Of a stretch of DNA of 64,000 nucleotides, positions 19,285-29,348 are shown piece by piece (the stretch's first letter is position 1; each line of letters begins with the position of its first letter). The notes under the pieces are model-generated. The model ran no database searches, was not told the DNA's origin, and worked only from the letters and a program-made list of their open reading frames with translations. The translations under genes were made by a program, and so were the position numbers. Source of the stretch: an uncultured Gammaproteobacteria bacterium. Its GTDB lineage: Bacteria; Pseudomonadota; Gammaproteobacteria; DATFLG01. The DNA lies in the NCBI GenBank assembly GCA_963830105.1, contig CAWHLH010000003.1:323931-387930 (forward strand), given 5' to 3'.

Positions 19285-20286
19285 ATGAAAGCGGTCATCA
19301 TGGACAGGCCCGGCGACGCGGACGTCCTGCACCTCGCCGAACTGCCCGATCCCGCCATCGCAGGCCCCGGCGACATGCTGGTGCGCCTGAAGGCCGCCGG
19401 CATCAATCCGGTGGACGCCAAGCTGCGGGCCAATGGCACCTATTATCCGGACCGCCTGCCGACGGTGCTCGGCTGCGACGGGGCCGGGGTGGTGGAAGCC
19501 GTCGGCGAGGGGGTGACCCGTTTCGCCCCCGGCGACGCCGTGTACTTCTGCAGCGGGGGAATCGGCGCCGAACCCGGCAACTACGCCGAGCTCACGGTGG
19601 TCAACGAGGCTTACGCCGCCCGCAAACCTGCATCTCTGAGTTTCCAGGAAGCCGCCGCCGTACCGCTGGCGCTGATCACGGCCTGGGAATCCCTGCACGA
19701 TCGCGCCAGCGTGCAGGCCGGCCAGCGGGTGTTGATTCACGCCGGCAGCGGCGGCGTCGGACATCTGGCCGTCCAGCTCGCCCACCTGGCCGGCGCCCGG
19801 GTGGCCAGCACGGTGGGCGATGAACAACGCGCCGACTGGCTGCGCGGCCTGGGGGTGGAATATCCCATCGTCTACAAGAAGACGGACTTCGTTGCAGCGG
19901 TGCGCGACTGGAGTGCCGGGGCCGGTGTGGCGCTCGCGCTGGACACCGTGGGCGGCGAGACGTTCGCCCGCACATTCGAGGCTATGGCCCACTATGGCGA
20001 TCTGGTGACCCTGTTGCAGCCGGATGCCGACGTGGACTGGAAACCGGCACGCCTGCGCAATCTGCGCATCGCCCTCGAGTTGATGCTCACCCCACAGCAC
20101 TATGATCTGCAGGACGTCCGCCGGCATCAGCGGGAAATTCTCGAGCACGGCGCCCCCCTGTTCGAGGACGGCCGGCTGAAGGTGGCCGTCCAGGCCACCT
20201 ACCCGCTGGAAAGGGCCGCCGACGCCCACCGGGATATCGCTGCCGGCAGCGCCCACGGCAAGCGGGTGCTGCTGGTGTCGGACTGA
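19285..20286 (+). CDS. Zinc-binding alcohol dehydrogenase / NADPH:quinone oxidoreductase (MDR superfamily)
   Basis: AGGAGG RBS and ATG at 19285. GroES-like and Rossmann regions (AGSGGVGHLAVQLA). Confidence 0.85.
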   Translation: MKAVIMDRPGDADVLHLAELPDPAIAGPGDMLVRLKAAGINPVDAKLRANGTYYPDRLPTVLGCDGAGVVEAVGEGVTRFAPGDAVYFCSGGIGAEPGNYAELTVVNEAYAARKPASLSFQEAAAVPLALITAWESLHDRASVQAGQRVLIHAGSGGVGHLAVQLAHLAGARVASTVGDEQRADWLRGLGVEYPIVYKKTDFVAAVRDWSAGAGVALALDTVGGETFARTFEAMAHYGDLVTLLQPDADVDWKPARLRNLRIALELMLTPQHYDLQDVRRHQREILEHGAPLFEDGRLKVAVQATYPLERAADAHRDIAAGSAHGKRVLLVSD

Positions 20287-20302
20287 CGGTCCGCCCGTAC
20301 AG

Positions 20303-20722
20303 ATGGCCAGCGACCTGATCTTCTTCTACGGCAGTCTGCTGGTGGGTCCGGCGGATACCGCAGTGCAACGCGCCCTCACTGCCTGTGAACCCATGGGACC
20401 GGCATGGATACAGGGCCGGCTCTACGACCTGGGCACCTATCCCGGCGCCGTGCCAAGCGTTGAGCGCGCCGACAGGATCCGGGGCGTCCTGTATCGACTC
20501 CACGACATGGGCCGCAGTCTGCGTCGGCTCGATCGCTTCGAGGACTACCACCGCGGCCACCCCGCTCCCAGCCTCTATCTGCGCCGGCGCGCGACCGCCT
20601 GGCGACAGGCGGACGGACATGCCCTGATCTGCTGGGTGTATTTCTACAACCGTGCGGTGCAAAGCCACCGTCGCATTGCCGACGGCGACTACCGCGGCTA
20701 CTTGAACAGGCGGCAGACCTGA
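20303..20722 (+). CDS. Gamma-glutamylcyclotransferase-like (AIG2/GGCT family) protein
   Basis: 139 aa. N-terminal FFYGSL motif characteristic of the GGCT/AIG2 fold. Confidence 0.75.
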   Translation: MASDLIFFYGSLLVGPADTAVQRALTACEPMGPAWIQGRLYDLGTYPGAVPSVERADRIRGVLYRLHDMGRSLRRLDRFEDYHRGHPAPSLYLRRRATAWRQADGHALICWVYFYNRAVQSHRRIADGDYRGYLNRRQT

Positions 20723-20804
20723 AACTGCAAGTCGAGGTCGCGTGCGGCTATGCTGTAACAGGACAACTGCACGAACGCTGTGACACCCACTCCAGGAGAC
20801 ACCC

Positions 20805-21386
20805 ATGGCCAAGAAGAAGATCCTGATGCTGGTCGGGGATTACGTCGAGGACTATGAAGTGATGGTCCCCTTCCAGGCCCTGCAGATGATCGGCCACACC
20901 GTCCACGCCGTCTGCCCCGGCAAGAAGGCCGGGGAAACGGTACGTACCGCGGTTCACGACTTCGAGGGCGACCAGACCTACAGCGAAAAGCCGGGCCACA
21001 ACTTTGCACTCAATGCCGACTTCAGCAAGGTACGCCCGTCAGCCTACGATGCCCTGTGCATCCCGGGCGGCCGTGCGCCCGAATACCTGCGTCTGAACAA
21101 CAAGGTCCTGAAAGTGGTCCGCCACTTCGCCGAAAAGGACAAGCCCATCGCATCCATCTGCCACGGCGCCCAGATACTGGCCGCCGCCGGCGTGCTCGGC
21201 AACCGCACCTGTTCGGCGTACCCGGCCGTAGGACCGGAGGTGAACGAGGCTGGCGGACGCTTCCAGGACATTCCCGTGGACCAGGCCCATGTGGACGGCA
21301 ACCTGGTCACCGCGCCCGCCTGGCCCGCCCACCCCGCCTGGCTGGCTGCCTTCCTCCATGTGCTCGGAACCAAGATCACGCTCTGA
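20805..21386 (+). CDS. DJ-1/PfpI family protein (type 1 glutamine amidotransferase-like)
   Basis: 193 aa. Nucleophile-elbow cysteine ICHGAQIL. PfpI-like length. Confidence 0.85.
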   Translation: MAKKKILMLVGDYVEDYEVMVPFQALQMIGHTVHAVCPGKKAGETVRTAVHDFEGDQTYSEKPGHNFALNADFSKVRPSAYDALCIPGGRAPEYLRLNNKVLKVVRHFAEKDKPIASICHGAQILAAAGVLGNRTCSAYPAVGPEVNEAGGRFQDIPVDQAHVDGNLVTAPAWPAHPAWLAAFLHVLGTKITL

Positions 21387-21399
21387 CCGCCTCCGTACA

Positions 21400-22509
21400 G
21401 TGGGAGCGCGCCGGCTTTGGCCGACGCTGCTGCTGGCCGCGACGCTGGGGTCCTCGGCGCCGGGCTGTGCCGCCCGCCCCCTTCCCCTGGATTCGCTACG
21501 TCTGCCGCCCGGCTTTCACATAGCCCTGTTCACCGACCGGGTCCCCGACGCCCGCTCCATGACCTTCGGTGCCGACGGCACGCTGTTCGTCGGCACCCGC
21601 AGTGCGGGCAAGGTCTATGCCGTGGTGGACCGCGACGAGGACGGCCGCGCCGAGCGGGTCTACACCCTGCTGGAAGGGCTGGACCTGCCCAACGGCGTGG
21701 CCTTCCGGGACGGAGCCCTGTACGTGGCCGAGGTGAACCGGGTGCTGCGCCTGGACCGCATCGAAAGCCGGCTGGACCATCCCCCGGCCCCGGTCGTGAT
21801 ACGGGACGACTTTCCCTCCGATCACCACCACGGCTGGAAATTCATCGCCTTCGGCCCGGACGGCTGGCTGTACGTGCCTGTGGGCGCACCCTGCAATGTC
21901 TGCGAGCGGCCCGGCTATGCCGCCATCTACCGCATGCGCCCCGACGGCAGCGACCGCCAGGTATTCGCCCGCGGGGTGCGCAACACGGTGGGATTCGACT
22001 GGCAGCCGGGCACCGACGCGCTGTGGTTCACCGACAACGGCCGCGACTGGCTCGGAAACGATCAGCCGCCGGACGAGCTCAACCGCGCGCCGCGGCCGGG
22101 GCTGCATTTCGGCTTTCCCTATTGCCACGGACGCAACCTGCCGGACCCCGACTATGGGAAAGGCCGCGACTGCAGCACTTTCACACCGCCAGCCGCCGAA
22201 CTGGGCGCCCATGTGGCCGCCCTGGGCATGCGGTTCTACACCGGTTCGTCGTTCCCGGCACCGTACCGGGGCCGGATTTTCATCGCCGAACACGGTTCCT
22301 GGAATCGCAGCACCAAGGTCGGCTACCGGGTAGTGGTAGCGAACCTGGACGGCAACCGGGTGGTAGACGTCAAACCCTTCGCCACCGGCTGGCTGCAACA
22401 TGGTCAAGCCTGGGGCAGACCCGTGGACGTCCAGGTAGCACCCAACGGCGACCTGCTGGTCTCCGACGACCGCGCCGGCGCCATCTACCGCATCCACTAC
22501 AGCCCCTGA
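21400..22509 (+). CDS. PQQ-dependent sugar dehydrogenase (glucose/sorbosone dehydrogenase family, beta-propeller)
   Basis: Probable GTG start at 21400 just after the PfpI stop, followed by a signal peptide (RRLWPTLLLAATLGSSAPGCAA). GSDH motifs (DGTLFVG, LPNGVAFRDGALYVAE). Confidence 0.7.
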   Translation: MGARRLWPTLLLAATLGSSAPGCAARPLPLDSLRLPPGFHIALFTDRVPDARSMTFGADGTLFVGTRSAGKVYAVVDRDEDGRAERVYTLLEGLDLPNGVAFRDGALYVAEVNRVLRLDRIESRLDHPPAPVVIRDDFPSDHHHGWKFIAFGPDGWLYVPVGAPCNVCERPGYAAIYRMRPDGSDRQVFARGVRNTVGFDWQPGTDALWFTDNGRDWLGNDQPPDELNRAPRPGLHFGFPYCHGRNLPDPDYGKGRDCSTFTPPAAELGAHVAALGMRFYTGSSFPAPYRGRIFIAEHGSWNRSTKVGYRVVVANLDGNRVVDVKPFATGWLQHGQAWGRPVDVQVAPNGDLLVSDDRAGAIYRIHYSP

Positions 22510-22950
22510 CTTCAACCAGGAGCCCGGCATGATAACTCCCCGACGGCAGAGCAAGGTTCTGGTCGTCCCGAATAGAGTCTAGGCGCCAACTCATAGCACG
22601 ATGCCCGGCCGTGACCCGTCGCATGCCGGTGTATTTTACGACGCGGTCATCCAACGCAACTTGAAAGGAACAGAAAGCATGCTTCGTCTGTACGCTGCCG
22701 AACATAGAAGCCGGTTCCTGGTCGTGGTAAGCGATATCTCTCAGCGCCCGCCAAGACTGCAGCAGGGGCGTACACACCGTGCTACCGAGATATACCCCAT
22801 TGCTCATGTCTTCGGCCAGGGGCAAGTGCACTGTTATGTACGATAGCGTACGGACTGTGCGTAATCATGCGACTAGCCTTCTCTCCAACAGTCGGAGTTC
22901 CACGTAATAGATTCAGACTGTCGCTGCACACAATGTAAAGGAGTATTGAC

Positions 22951-23511
22951 ATGTGCAAAATACGAAATCATATCAGCGCACTCATGTTCGCGGCGACCGC
23001 AATCGTCTCAATGAGTGTAATGAATCAGGCAACCGCGGCAACCGCTGCTGATCTGGATAAGGATTCCCAGCAGGCCTTGCAGACGCTTTACAAAGCCGAG
23101 CCGATCGCCGAGAAGCTGTCGCATACAGCCAAGGGTATTCTCATCTTTCCTAATATTGTAAAGGCTGGCCTGGTGTTCGGCGGCAGCTACGGCGAAGGCG
23201 AGTTAATACAGGGATCGAAAGTCGTCGATTATTACAACTCTGTCACGGGATCCTGGGGGCTGCAAATAGGTGCCCAGTCCTACGGATACGCCGTGTTTCT
23301 GATGACGGACAAGGCCGTCAGCTATCTCGAAAAGTCGAAAGGTTGGGAAATTGGCGTGGGTCCCACCGTTGTTGTGGTTAACGAAGGTATCGCGAAAAAC
23401 CTGTCCACATCCTCGTTGAAGGACGATGCCTACGCCTTCGTTTTCAGCCAACAGGGATTGATGGCAGGGGTCAGCATCGAGGGAACCAAAATTTCCCGTA
23501 TCAAGCGGTAA
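22951..23511 (+). CDS. SYLF-domain (Ysc84/DUF500-like, lipid-binding) secreted protein
   Basis: 186 aa. Signal peptide, then SYLF-like core (AKGILIFPNIVKAGLVFGGSYGEGEL...GAQSYGYAVFLMTDKAV). Located in an AT-richer islet. Confidence 0.65.
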   Translation: MCKIRNHISALMFAATAIVSMSVMNQATAATAADLDKDSQQALQTLYKAEPIAEKLSHTAKGILIFPNIVKAGLVFGGSYGEGELIQGSKVVDYYNSVTGSWGLQIGAQSYGYAVFLMTDKAVSYLEKSKGWEIGVGPTVVVVNEGIAKNLSTSSLKDDAYAFVFSQQGLMAGVSIEGTKISRIKR

Positions 23512-23520
23512 ACCAATAGA

Positions 23521-23541
23521 AAGGGCGGATGCGTCCGCCCT
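23521..23541 (+). terminator. Candidate terminator hairpin (AGGGCGGA-tgcg-TCCGCCCT)
   Basis: Perfect 8-bp stem with 4-nt loop, 10 nt after the SYLF gene stop. No strong T-tract. Confidence 0.45.
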
Positions 23542-23826
23542 GACTTGTCGCTTGCCATCAACCGCAGAGGGCCCGACAACAGCAGCAATGCGATAGCGTC
23601 AAGCCACAGCGGGCCGCCCGTCGGACTTAGGGGACCGTAGCGAGCGAAAGCCGGAGCGAGACGGAGTTTCGCTCGATTGTGGAGAGTGACGGACTCTATT
23701 TGACGACATCCATCGGAAACTCTGGACGCCATCCGATTTTCCGCAGTAGGTCATCCTACTTCCGACCGGCTGCTGGACTATTCATTCGCTGCCGTACACA
23801 CCTACTAAACCGCGTGGAGAACCGAC

Positions 23827-24018
23827 ATGCCGCTAATTAACTTGATCATTATCTTGATCGTGGTAGGCGTATTACTCTGGCTCGTCAATACCTATATACC
23901 CATGGACCGCAAGATCAAAAACATCCTGAATATCGTCGTCGTCATTGTCCTCGTCATATGGTTACTTCAAGTATTCGGCGTGTTGGGATCGCTGGACAAT
24001 ATACGTATCGGCCACTGA
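23827..24018 (+). CDS. Small two-TM membrane protein (Thivi_2564-like family)
   Basis: 63 aa, two hydrophobic helices (LINLIIILIVVGVLLWLV and ILNIVVVIVLVIWLLQVFGVL). AT-rich codon usage unlike the window background. Confidence 0.5.
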   Translation: MPLINLIIILIVVGVLLWLVNTYIPMDRKIKNILNIVVVIVLVIWLLQVFGVLGSLDNIRIGH

Positions 24019-24206
24019 CCAATGGCAGAAATATCACCGCTGCCAGCTCTCAGGGCGCTCTGTCCGCTCGCGTACGGAAGACCACCCACTTTTACTTCGT
24101 GCTGGTGAAAGACTTTTTGTGGGAAACAGTTCTCGCCCGGCCCCCATTCGCAGAATGATTGCGTCATCCTCTCGATGTGCTCTGCTTACCGGGCCTTTCC
24201 CACCAC

Positions 24207-25004
24207 ATGGAGAGTGATGTGCCGCACACCAAGCCCACTCAAGCTGACAATCTCCTGCTCGCCGCATTGCCGCGCAAACAGCGTCAGCGATTTCTGACAG
24301 GCTGTGAACCGGTTCAACTGGGGTTTTCCGAGGTTCTGGCGGAACCCGGCGAGCCTATTCGTCACGTTTACTTTCCCACGGAAAGCTTCATTTCCCTGGT
24401 AACACCGACCACCGACGGCCGTTCCAGCGTGGACGTGGCGTTGGTCGGCAATGAAGGCATGATCGGGATCCCCCTCATACTTGGCGTGGATGTGTCGCTG
24501 CTGCACGCCGTGGTGCAGGGCGCAGGCACGGCTCTGCGCATGGATGCTGCACCGTTTCGTCGCGAACTTGATCAGAGTCCGGCACTACAACGAGAACTGA
24601 AGCGTTACCTCTACGTGGTGATGGGTGAAATCGCGCAAACCGCCGCCTGCATCCGCTTCCATGTGGTGGAGGCACGTCTCGCCCGGTGGCTTCTGATGAC
24701 GCAGGACCGGGCACACTCGGACGCGTTTTATGTGACGCATGAATTCCTGGCCTACATGCTGGGCGTGCGCCGCGTCGGCGTCACCAAAGCCGCCTATTCA
24801 CTGCAACAGCGCAAACTGATCCGCTATAGCCGCGGGGACATCACGATTCTCGACCGCAGTGGCCTGGAAGCCGCGTCTTGCGGCTGTTACGCAGCTAACA
24901 TAGCGTCCTACGCCCGCATGATGGGTGAACGGGATAACGCCCGCAATCGCGCGTCGAACTCCTCGATACGTTCGAGCAGATCAAGCGCGAGGGCAGCACC
25001 CTAA
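24207..25004 (+). CDS. Crp/Fnr-family transcriptional regulator
   Basis: Internal ATG at 24207. cNMP-binding domain followed by C-terminal HTH ([31 protein letters not shown]). C-terminal extent uncertain. Confidence 0.8.
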   Translation: MESDVPHTKPTQADNLLLAALPRKQRQRFLTGCEPVQLGFSEVLAEPGEPIRHVYFPTESFISLVTPTTDGRSSVDVALVGNEGMIGIPLILGVDVSLLHAVVQGAGTALRMDAAPFRRELDQSPALQRELKRYLYVVMGEIAQTAACIRFHVVEARLARWLLMTQDRAHSDAFYVTHEFLAYMLGVRRVGVTKAAYSLQQRKLIRYSRGDITILDRSGLEAASCGCYAANIASYARMMGERDNARNRASNSSIRSSRSSARAAP

Positions 25005-25200
25005 AGGTCAACGCCAAGGTCGCGCTGCAGATGCAAAGTGATGCGCTGGCGTGGGCCGGAATCTTGAAGTCGATGCTCCCGGACGGGGTCGGCACCTTGA
25101 TGTTAGCACCGAGCGCGGCTTCCCAGGGCGCGCCCGGGACATCGAGGTAAATGCCCCCGCCATCGACGCGATACAGCGGATGGGCACAAAACTCCACCCC
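24950..25200 (-). pseudogene. Remnant of a DnaJ/CbpA-type C-terminal domain (gene fragment)
   Basis: Minus-strand translation ...DGGGIYLDVPGAPWEAALGANIKVPTPSGSIDFKIPA... matches the DnaJ C-terminal domain signature (DLY-x-V-I-EA-LG-x-I-VPT-x-G-x-V-x-LKIP). No J-domain or complete ORF; flanked by out-of-frame sequence. Confidence 0.5.
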
Positions 25201-25969
25201 AGATACATATCGCCGGGCTCGGCGCCTTCAGGTCCGGAACCTCCCTGGCCGGAACGGTCCCATAGACACACCCCCGGGCTGCAACCCGGACGGACGCGGC
25301 AGGGCAGCGGTTGGCTTGCCGAAGGAAGTTGGATGAAGAGGCGGAACGGGGTGTGACAACTGCCAAGTCACGGCTGTGGACCCGGTGAACGGCTGCCCGG
25401 CTATCTGGCCACTCCCTATGGAAACGCGATAAATGGGTGTCTATTCTTACCATAGGTACCAGTCGTTGGACGCCCAAGTCGCGCCAGTAGCGCTGGATTA
25501 TTCTGCGCTCCCCAGGCCCGGCCGCTTGGAGCGCTAAGAACGAGAATGAACGAGTCAATCATTCGGAATTTCGTGGCGACTTCCACGGTCAATGAGTCGG
25601 AGACGCGGCCCCCACTGAGCGTCCGGTGGCCCGACGGAGGGTTACGGGTTTTCCAACGATGCAAATGGATTTCTCGGTGCCCCTTCATTTTCCGCTGCAA
25701 GCTTCCGATTCGACGGGCGACTCCTGAACCTGACAACCAGCATGCATTATTGAGCGCTTGCTGGAGGAATACTGGCACCCGATATCATCGCCTCCCCATT
25801 TCCGCGCACCCGTCTTGCTTTCCGCCGCCGGAATGTCGCGAACAGGCAATGGAACACGCCGTCCGTGAGGCGGCTGTCGGTGTCGTGGACAATTTTCGCG
25901 CAGAACATCTGCAACGTGCCTTGCAAGAGAAGACAACTTTCGGACACTGTTCATTTCTGCGGGATCACA

Positions 25970-27138
25970 ATGAGCCACATGATTGAAGCGCCATTGGCAA
26001 GTCGCTACGACAAAATATTCCGGTCGATCCAAGACCGCGTAGCCGATCAGCTGCAAAGTCCGGTGGAGATTCAGTTGTGGGGAGAGCGCAGCTACCGCCT
26101 TGGTCAAGGAGAACCCCGGATCACGATCCTGGTCAACAATCGCGACGGATTGCGCGCCCTCAGCGGACTGGATGAACTGCGGATTTGCGAAGCTTACATG
26201 GCCGGCAACCTGGACGTGACGGGCGATATGTTGGGCTTCGCCGGCCTCCGCGGCGCCTTGAGCGACAATCATCCTTATGGACATGCTGTGGCGACGGATT
26301 GCACCCGTTTTCCTGGGTCGGGTGCGGACCGACCGTGAGGCTATCGCCGGCCACTATGACTTCGTACAACAAATTCTATCTCATGTTCATGGACCCAACG
26401 CGATGCTACTCGCAGGCGGTGTTTGAGCGGGACGATGAGCCCCTGGAAACGGCCCAGCACCGCAAGCTGGATTTTGCCATGGACGCTTGCGGCATGAACC
26501 CGGGGCATCGGGTCTTGGATGTCGGCGGCGGCTGGGGCACTTTCACCGAACATGCCGGACGGCGCGGCATAGAGGTCACTACGCTGACGATATCGAGCCA
26601 GTCGGAAAAATACTTGACGGACCTGATTCAGCGACTTCAACTCCCCGGCGAAGTGGTGAATCAGGACTTCATGGAATACACCGCGCCTGAACCTTACGAT
26701 GCCATCGTCATATTGGGGGTCATGGAGCATCTCCCCGATTATCCGGCCGTACTGCAACAGTTTCAGCGACTACTGAAACCGGGTGGACGTGTGTACCTCG
26801 ACGCCAGCGCCTTCCGCGAGAAGTATTCCAAACCGACGTTCATCTCCCGCTATGTCTTTCCGGGAGACCACGCCTACTTCTGCTTGCACGAGTTCCTCAC
26901 CGCCGTGGCCAGAACGCCACTGGAGGTCCTGTCGGTCTATAACGACCGCCACAACTACTTTCTCACCTGCAAGGCGTGGGCGGAACATCTCCAAGCGGCC
27001 CGGGATGAGATCATCAGCCGCTGGGGCGAGATGCTTTACCGGCGCTTTCGCCTCTATCTGTGGGGCTCGGCGCAGGCCTTTTTCAGCCGCGGGCTGGACG
27101 CATATCGGATGGTACTGCAACGCCCCGAGGATACCTGA
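25970..27138 (+). pseudogene. cfa: Cyclopropane-fatty-acyl-phospholipid synthase-like SAM methyltransferase, frameshifted
   Basis: CFA-synthase N-terminal region in ORF 25865..26338 (from ATG 25970: ...YRLGQGEPRITILVNNRDGLRALSG...). The remainder, with SAM-binding motif VLDVGGGWG, is in ORF 26185..27138 in a different frame. Frames meet around 26290-26340. Confidence 0.65.
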
Positions 27139-27443
27139 GCAGGGTTCGCTGCCAAGGTCGGCACTTGAAAGGCACCCTTTCACGTGGGGCTGTTCCCCTA
27201 CTGGAACAAAACGGCATGGTGGCCCCTGAAGAGGTCCCCAATGTGGCATTGCTTCTTCGTTTTGAGCCATATAGGCATCCTTATGCACTCCCCTATTGCA
27301 GGGGTTTTTCTTTGTATTCCCATGGCATGCAGAACTGCGGATGGGTCGATAACACTTGCAAGAACGGGGCAAACGAAGACGCAATTTCACAGATCGGGAA
27401 TCAATACCAAGCAGGGGGGAGCACTGGCAAATGGCGTGGGGCC

Positions 27444-27926
27444 TTAGCAGTACTGTTCCAACGCCCCGGTGTGCGGGTCCTGAACCAACGGTGCCGCCAG
27501 CCCTCCGGGGTAACGACGCCGCAGGCGGAACAGTTCCTCTCCCATGGCCGGTCGGCCCGCTCCGCCAGTGAGTACAGGGGCGAATAGCCCCGCCGCCCCG
27601 TCGGCAAGTCCGCGTAGCGCGTCGATTATGAGATCCGGAAATCCCTGAACACACGTCCCATGCGCAGGGAAGTGCAGTAGGGCAAGTTCCCAGATCCCGG
27701 AAACGCCGAAGCTTTGCCGGATGAAGCAACCTTTGTCCCAGTCTTGCTCTGGAGGCGGAACCAACGTGGTGGGGATGCGTAACAGTGTGTTCGACTCGAT
27801 CCAGACACCGTGTAGCACTTGAGCAGCCGGCGACGGCTGCCTGTTCTGAAAGGCGAAGAACTCGCTGACTTCCTGACAGACGCGCTCCATGTCGGCAACA
27901 GAGCGTACGAACAGCAGGTAGCCCAC
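27444..27926 (-). CDS. Hypothetical protein
   Basis: 160-aa ORF immediately downstream of the aldolase-Dabb gene on the same strand. No recognisable motif. Confidence 0.35.
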   Translation of the reverse strand: MGYLLFVRSVADMERVCQEVSEFFAFQNRQPSPAAQVLHGVWIESNTLLRIPTTLVPPPEQDWDKGCFIRQSFGVSGIWELALLHFPAHGTCVQGFPDLIIDALRGLADGAAGLFAPVLTGGAGRPAMGEELFRLRRRYPGGLAAPLVQDPHTGALEQYC

Positions 27927-27941
27927 TTCGCCTCCTCCGCG

Positions 27942-29180
27942 TCAGCCCCGCGGAGCCTGGGACACCCAGCCAAGATACATGCCGGCAGCGTCTGCGGTAC
28001 CGCGTCCCGGGGAGGTCAGATACGGATCGGCACTGACGCGCTGGACCGGGCGAAATCGTTGTTTGGAGAGCGCGACATAGGCCGGGTGTTCATGATAGTT
28101 GTCGACCGCCGCCGAGTGACAAAAGCGGACCAGCCAGCTGTATCGACACAACGCATCGTCTCTCACTGCTTTGCCTGAATGTACCGCTCGCACGCCAGGA
28201 ATCGTGGTGAGAACACGCCGTCCCTCAGCCATGACTGTTTCAACCGCGCTGTCATCCAGCCCTTCGACATCGAGGGTAACGACATGTTCCACCGGCACCC
28301 AATGTCTGCATTGCTCCAACACCTCGGCTGCGCGGCCCGCCGCACCCCAGAGTCTGAGGCAGCGCTCGGTCTGCTGTTCCACCACCTCCTGTACAGCGCG
28401 CATGGCAGTGGTGTAGCGACCTTTCCCGTTACCCTTGGCGCTCGCCCGCACTTGCTCGAACGCCGCATCCGCAAGTCCAGTAAAATAGTTGATTTTGGCG
28501 ATGCCGTTATCGATCAACCGCCGAACCTGGCTGTTGTTGAGACCAGTGCCCCCATAGACGGCCAGCGGTATTCCCAGCGCTTCGTTGATCTGTTTAAGCC
28601 GCTGCCAATCGAGCTTTGGCTTTGCCTTCGTGCGACCGCGCACAGTCCCGATGGATACGGCCAGCAAGTCGACTCCGGTCCTGTCCACGTAGCCGCGGGC
28701 TTCGGCCACCGATGTATACACAAGCTGACTCGGATCCGGCGGTGCAGCGTCTCCTTCGGCCTCCGGCACATATCCCAGCGTGCCTTCCACGGGTACGCCG
28801 CAACTGCGGGCCATGGCAACCACCTCCCCGGTAAGGGCGATGTCTTCTCCCAACTCGCTATGGGAGGCGTCGACCATGACACCGTTACAACCTGCGTTGA
28901 TGGCGCGCACAGCGGACTGAAGATCACGGCCATGGTGCAAATGGATCGCCACCGGGACAGAGGCACGCTGTGCCGCGCACTCCACGGCCGCGACCAAAAG
29001 GTCGAACTCCAGGGACTCGAAATGCGGCTCCGCCAGACTCAGGATCACCGGCGCCCGACAGCGCTCCGCCGCCGCCATAACCCCCTGCAGGAACTCCAGA
29101 TTGACCAGTTCGAATGCCCCCACCGCGTAACTGTGCCGGTAGGCGTGGTCAACCATGTCCTTCATGTTTACCAGTGGCAT
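27942..29180 (-). CDS. Class II (ketose-bisphosphate) aldolase-like domain fused to a C-terminal Dabb (stress-responsive alpha/beta-barrel) domain
   Basis: 412 aa. N-terminal ~285 aa resemble FbaA/GatY-type class II aldolase (AVGAFELVNLEFLQGVMAAAE..., HLHHG, VMVDAS, LAVSIGTVRG, LAVYGGTGL), with some metal-ligand His positions substituted. C-terminal ~100 aa Dabb-like (VEHVVTLDVEGLDDSAVETVMAEGRRVLTTIPGVRAVHSGKAV...YSWLVRFCHSAAVDNYHEHPAY). Divergent from cbbR. Confidence 0.7.
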   Translation of the reverse strand: MPLVNMKDMVDHAYRHSYAVGAFELVNLEFLQGVMAAAERCRAPVILSLAEPHFESLEFDLLVAAVECAAQRASVPVAIHLHHGRDLQSAVRAINAGCNGVMVDASHSELGEDIALTGEVVAMARSCGVPVEGTLGYVPEAEGDAAPPDPSQLVYTSVAEARGYVDRTGVDLLAVSIGTVRGRTKAKPKLDWQRLKQINEALGIPLAVYGGTGLNNSQVRRLIDNGIAKINYFTGLADAAFEQVRASAKGNGKGRYTTAMRAVQEVVEQQTERCLRLWGAAGRAAEVLEQCRHWVPVEHVVTLDVEGLDDSAVETVMAEGRRVLTTIPGVRAVHSGKAVRDDALCRYSWLVRFCHSAAVDNYHEHPAYVALSKQRFRPVQRVSADPYLTSPGRGTADAAGMYLGWVSQAPRG

Positions 29181-29348
29181 TTTGGTCGTTGCTCCAGACG
29201 GTGATCCCGTTGCCGAATCGGGTGCCGTTCGCCCCCGAGGCCCGGCAACCGCGATTCTTGCGATCCATCCTTGGAGAAGGTGACGTCAGTGGGCCGCTAT
29301 TCCCGACCTCCCCGGTCGGGATCAGGTTGAGTCTATGGAGAGAAGCTG

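Noticed and set aside
23600-23700. Short structured-looking segment (CGAGCGAAA-N17-TTTCGCTCG inverted repeat) downstream of the SYLF gene, considered as small RNA, IS end or rRNA/intron fragment
   Set aside because: Only a single 9-bp stem with a long loop and no flanking conserved features. Insufficient evidence for any RNA gene or element boundary.
22510-27440. Low-GC islet considered as an integrated mobile element or prophage
   Set aside because: No integrase, transposase, recombinase, tRNA attachment site or terminal inverted/direct repeats could be found by eye. Only gene remnants are present. Reported as a probable old acquired islet rather than a mobile element.
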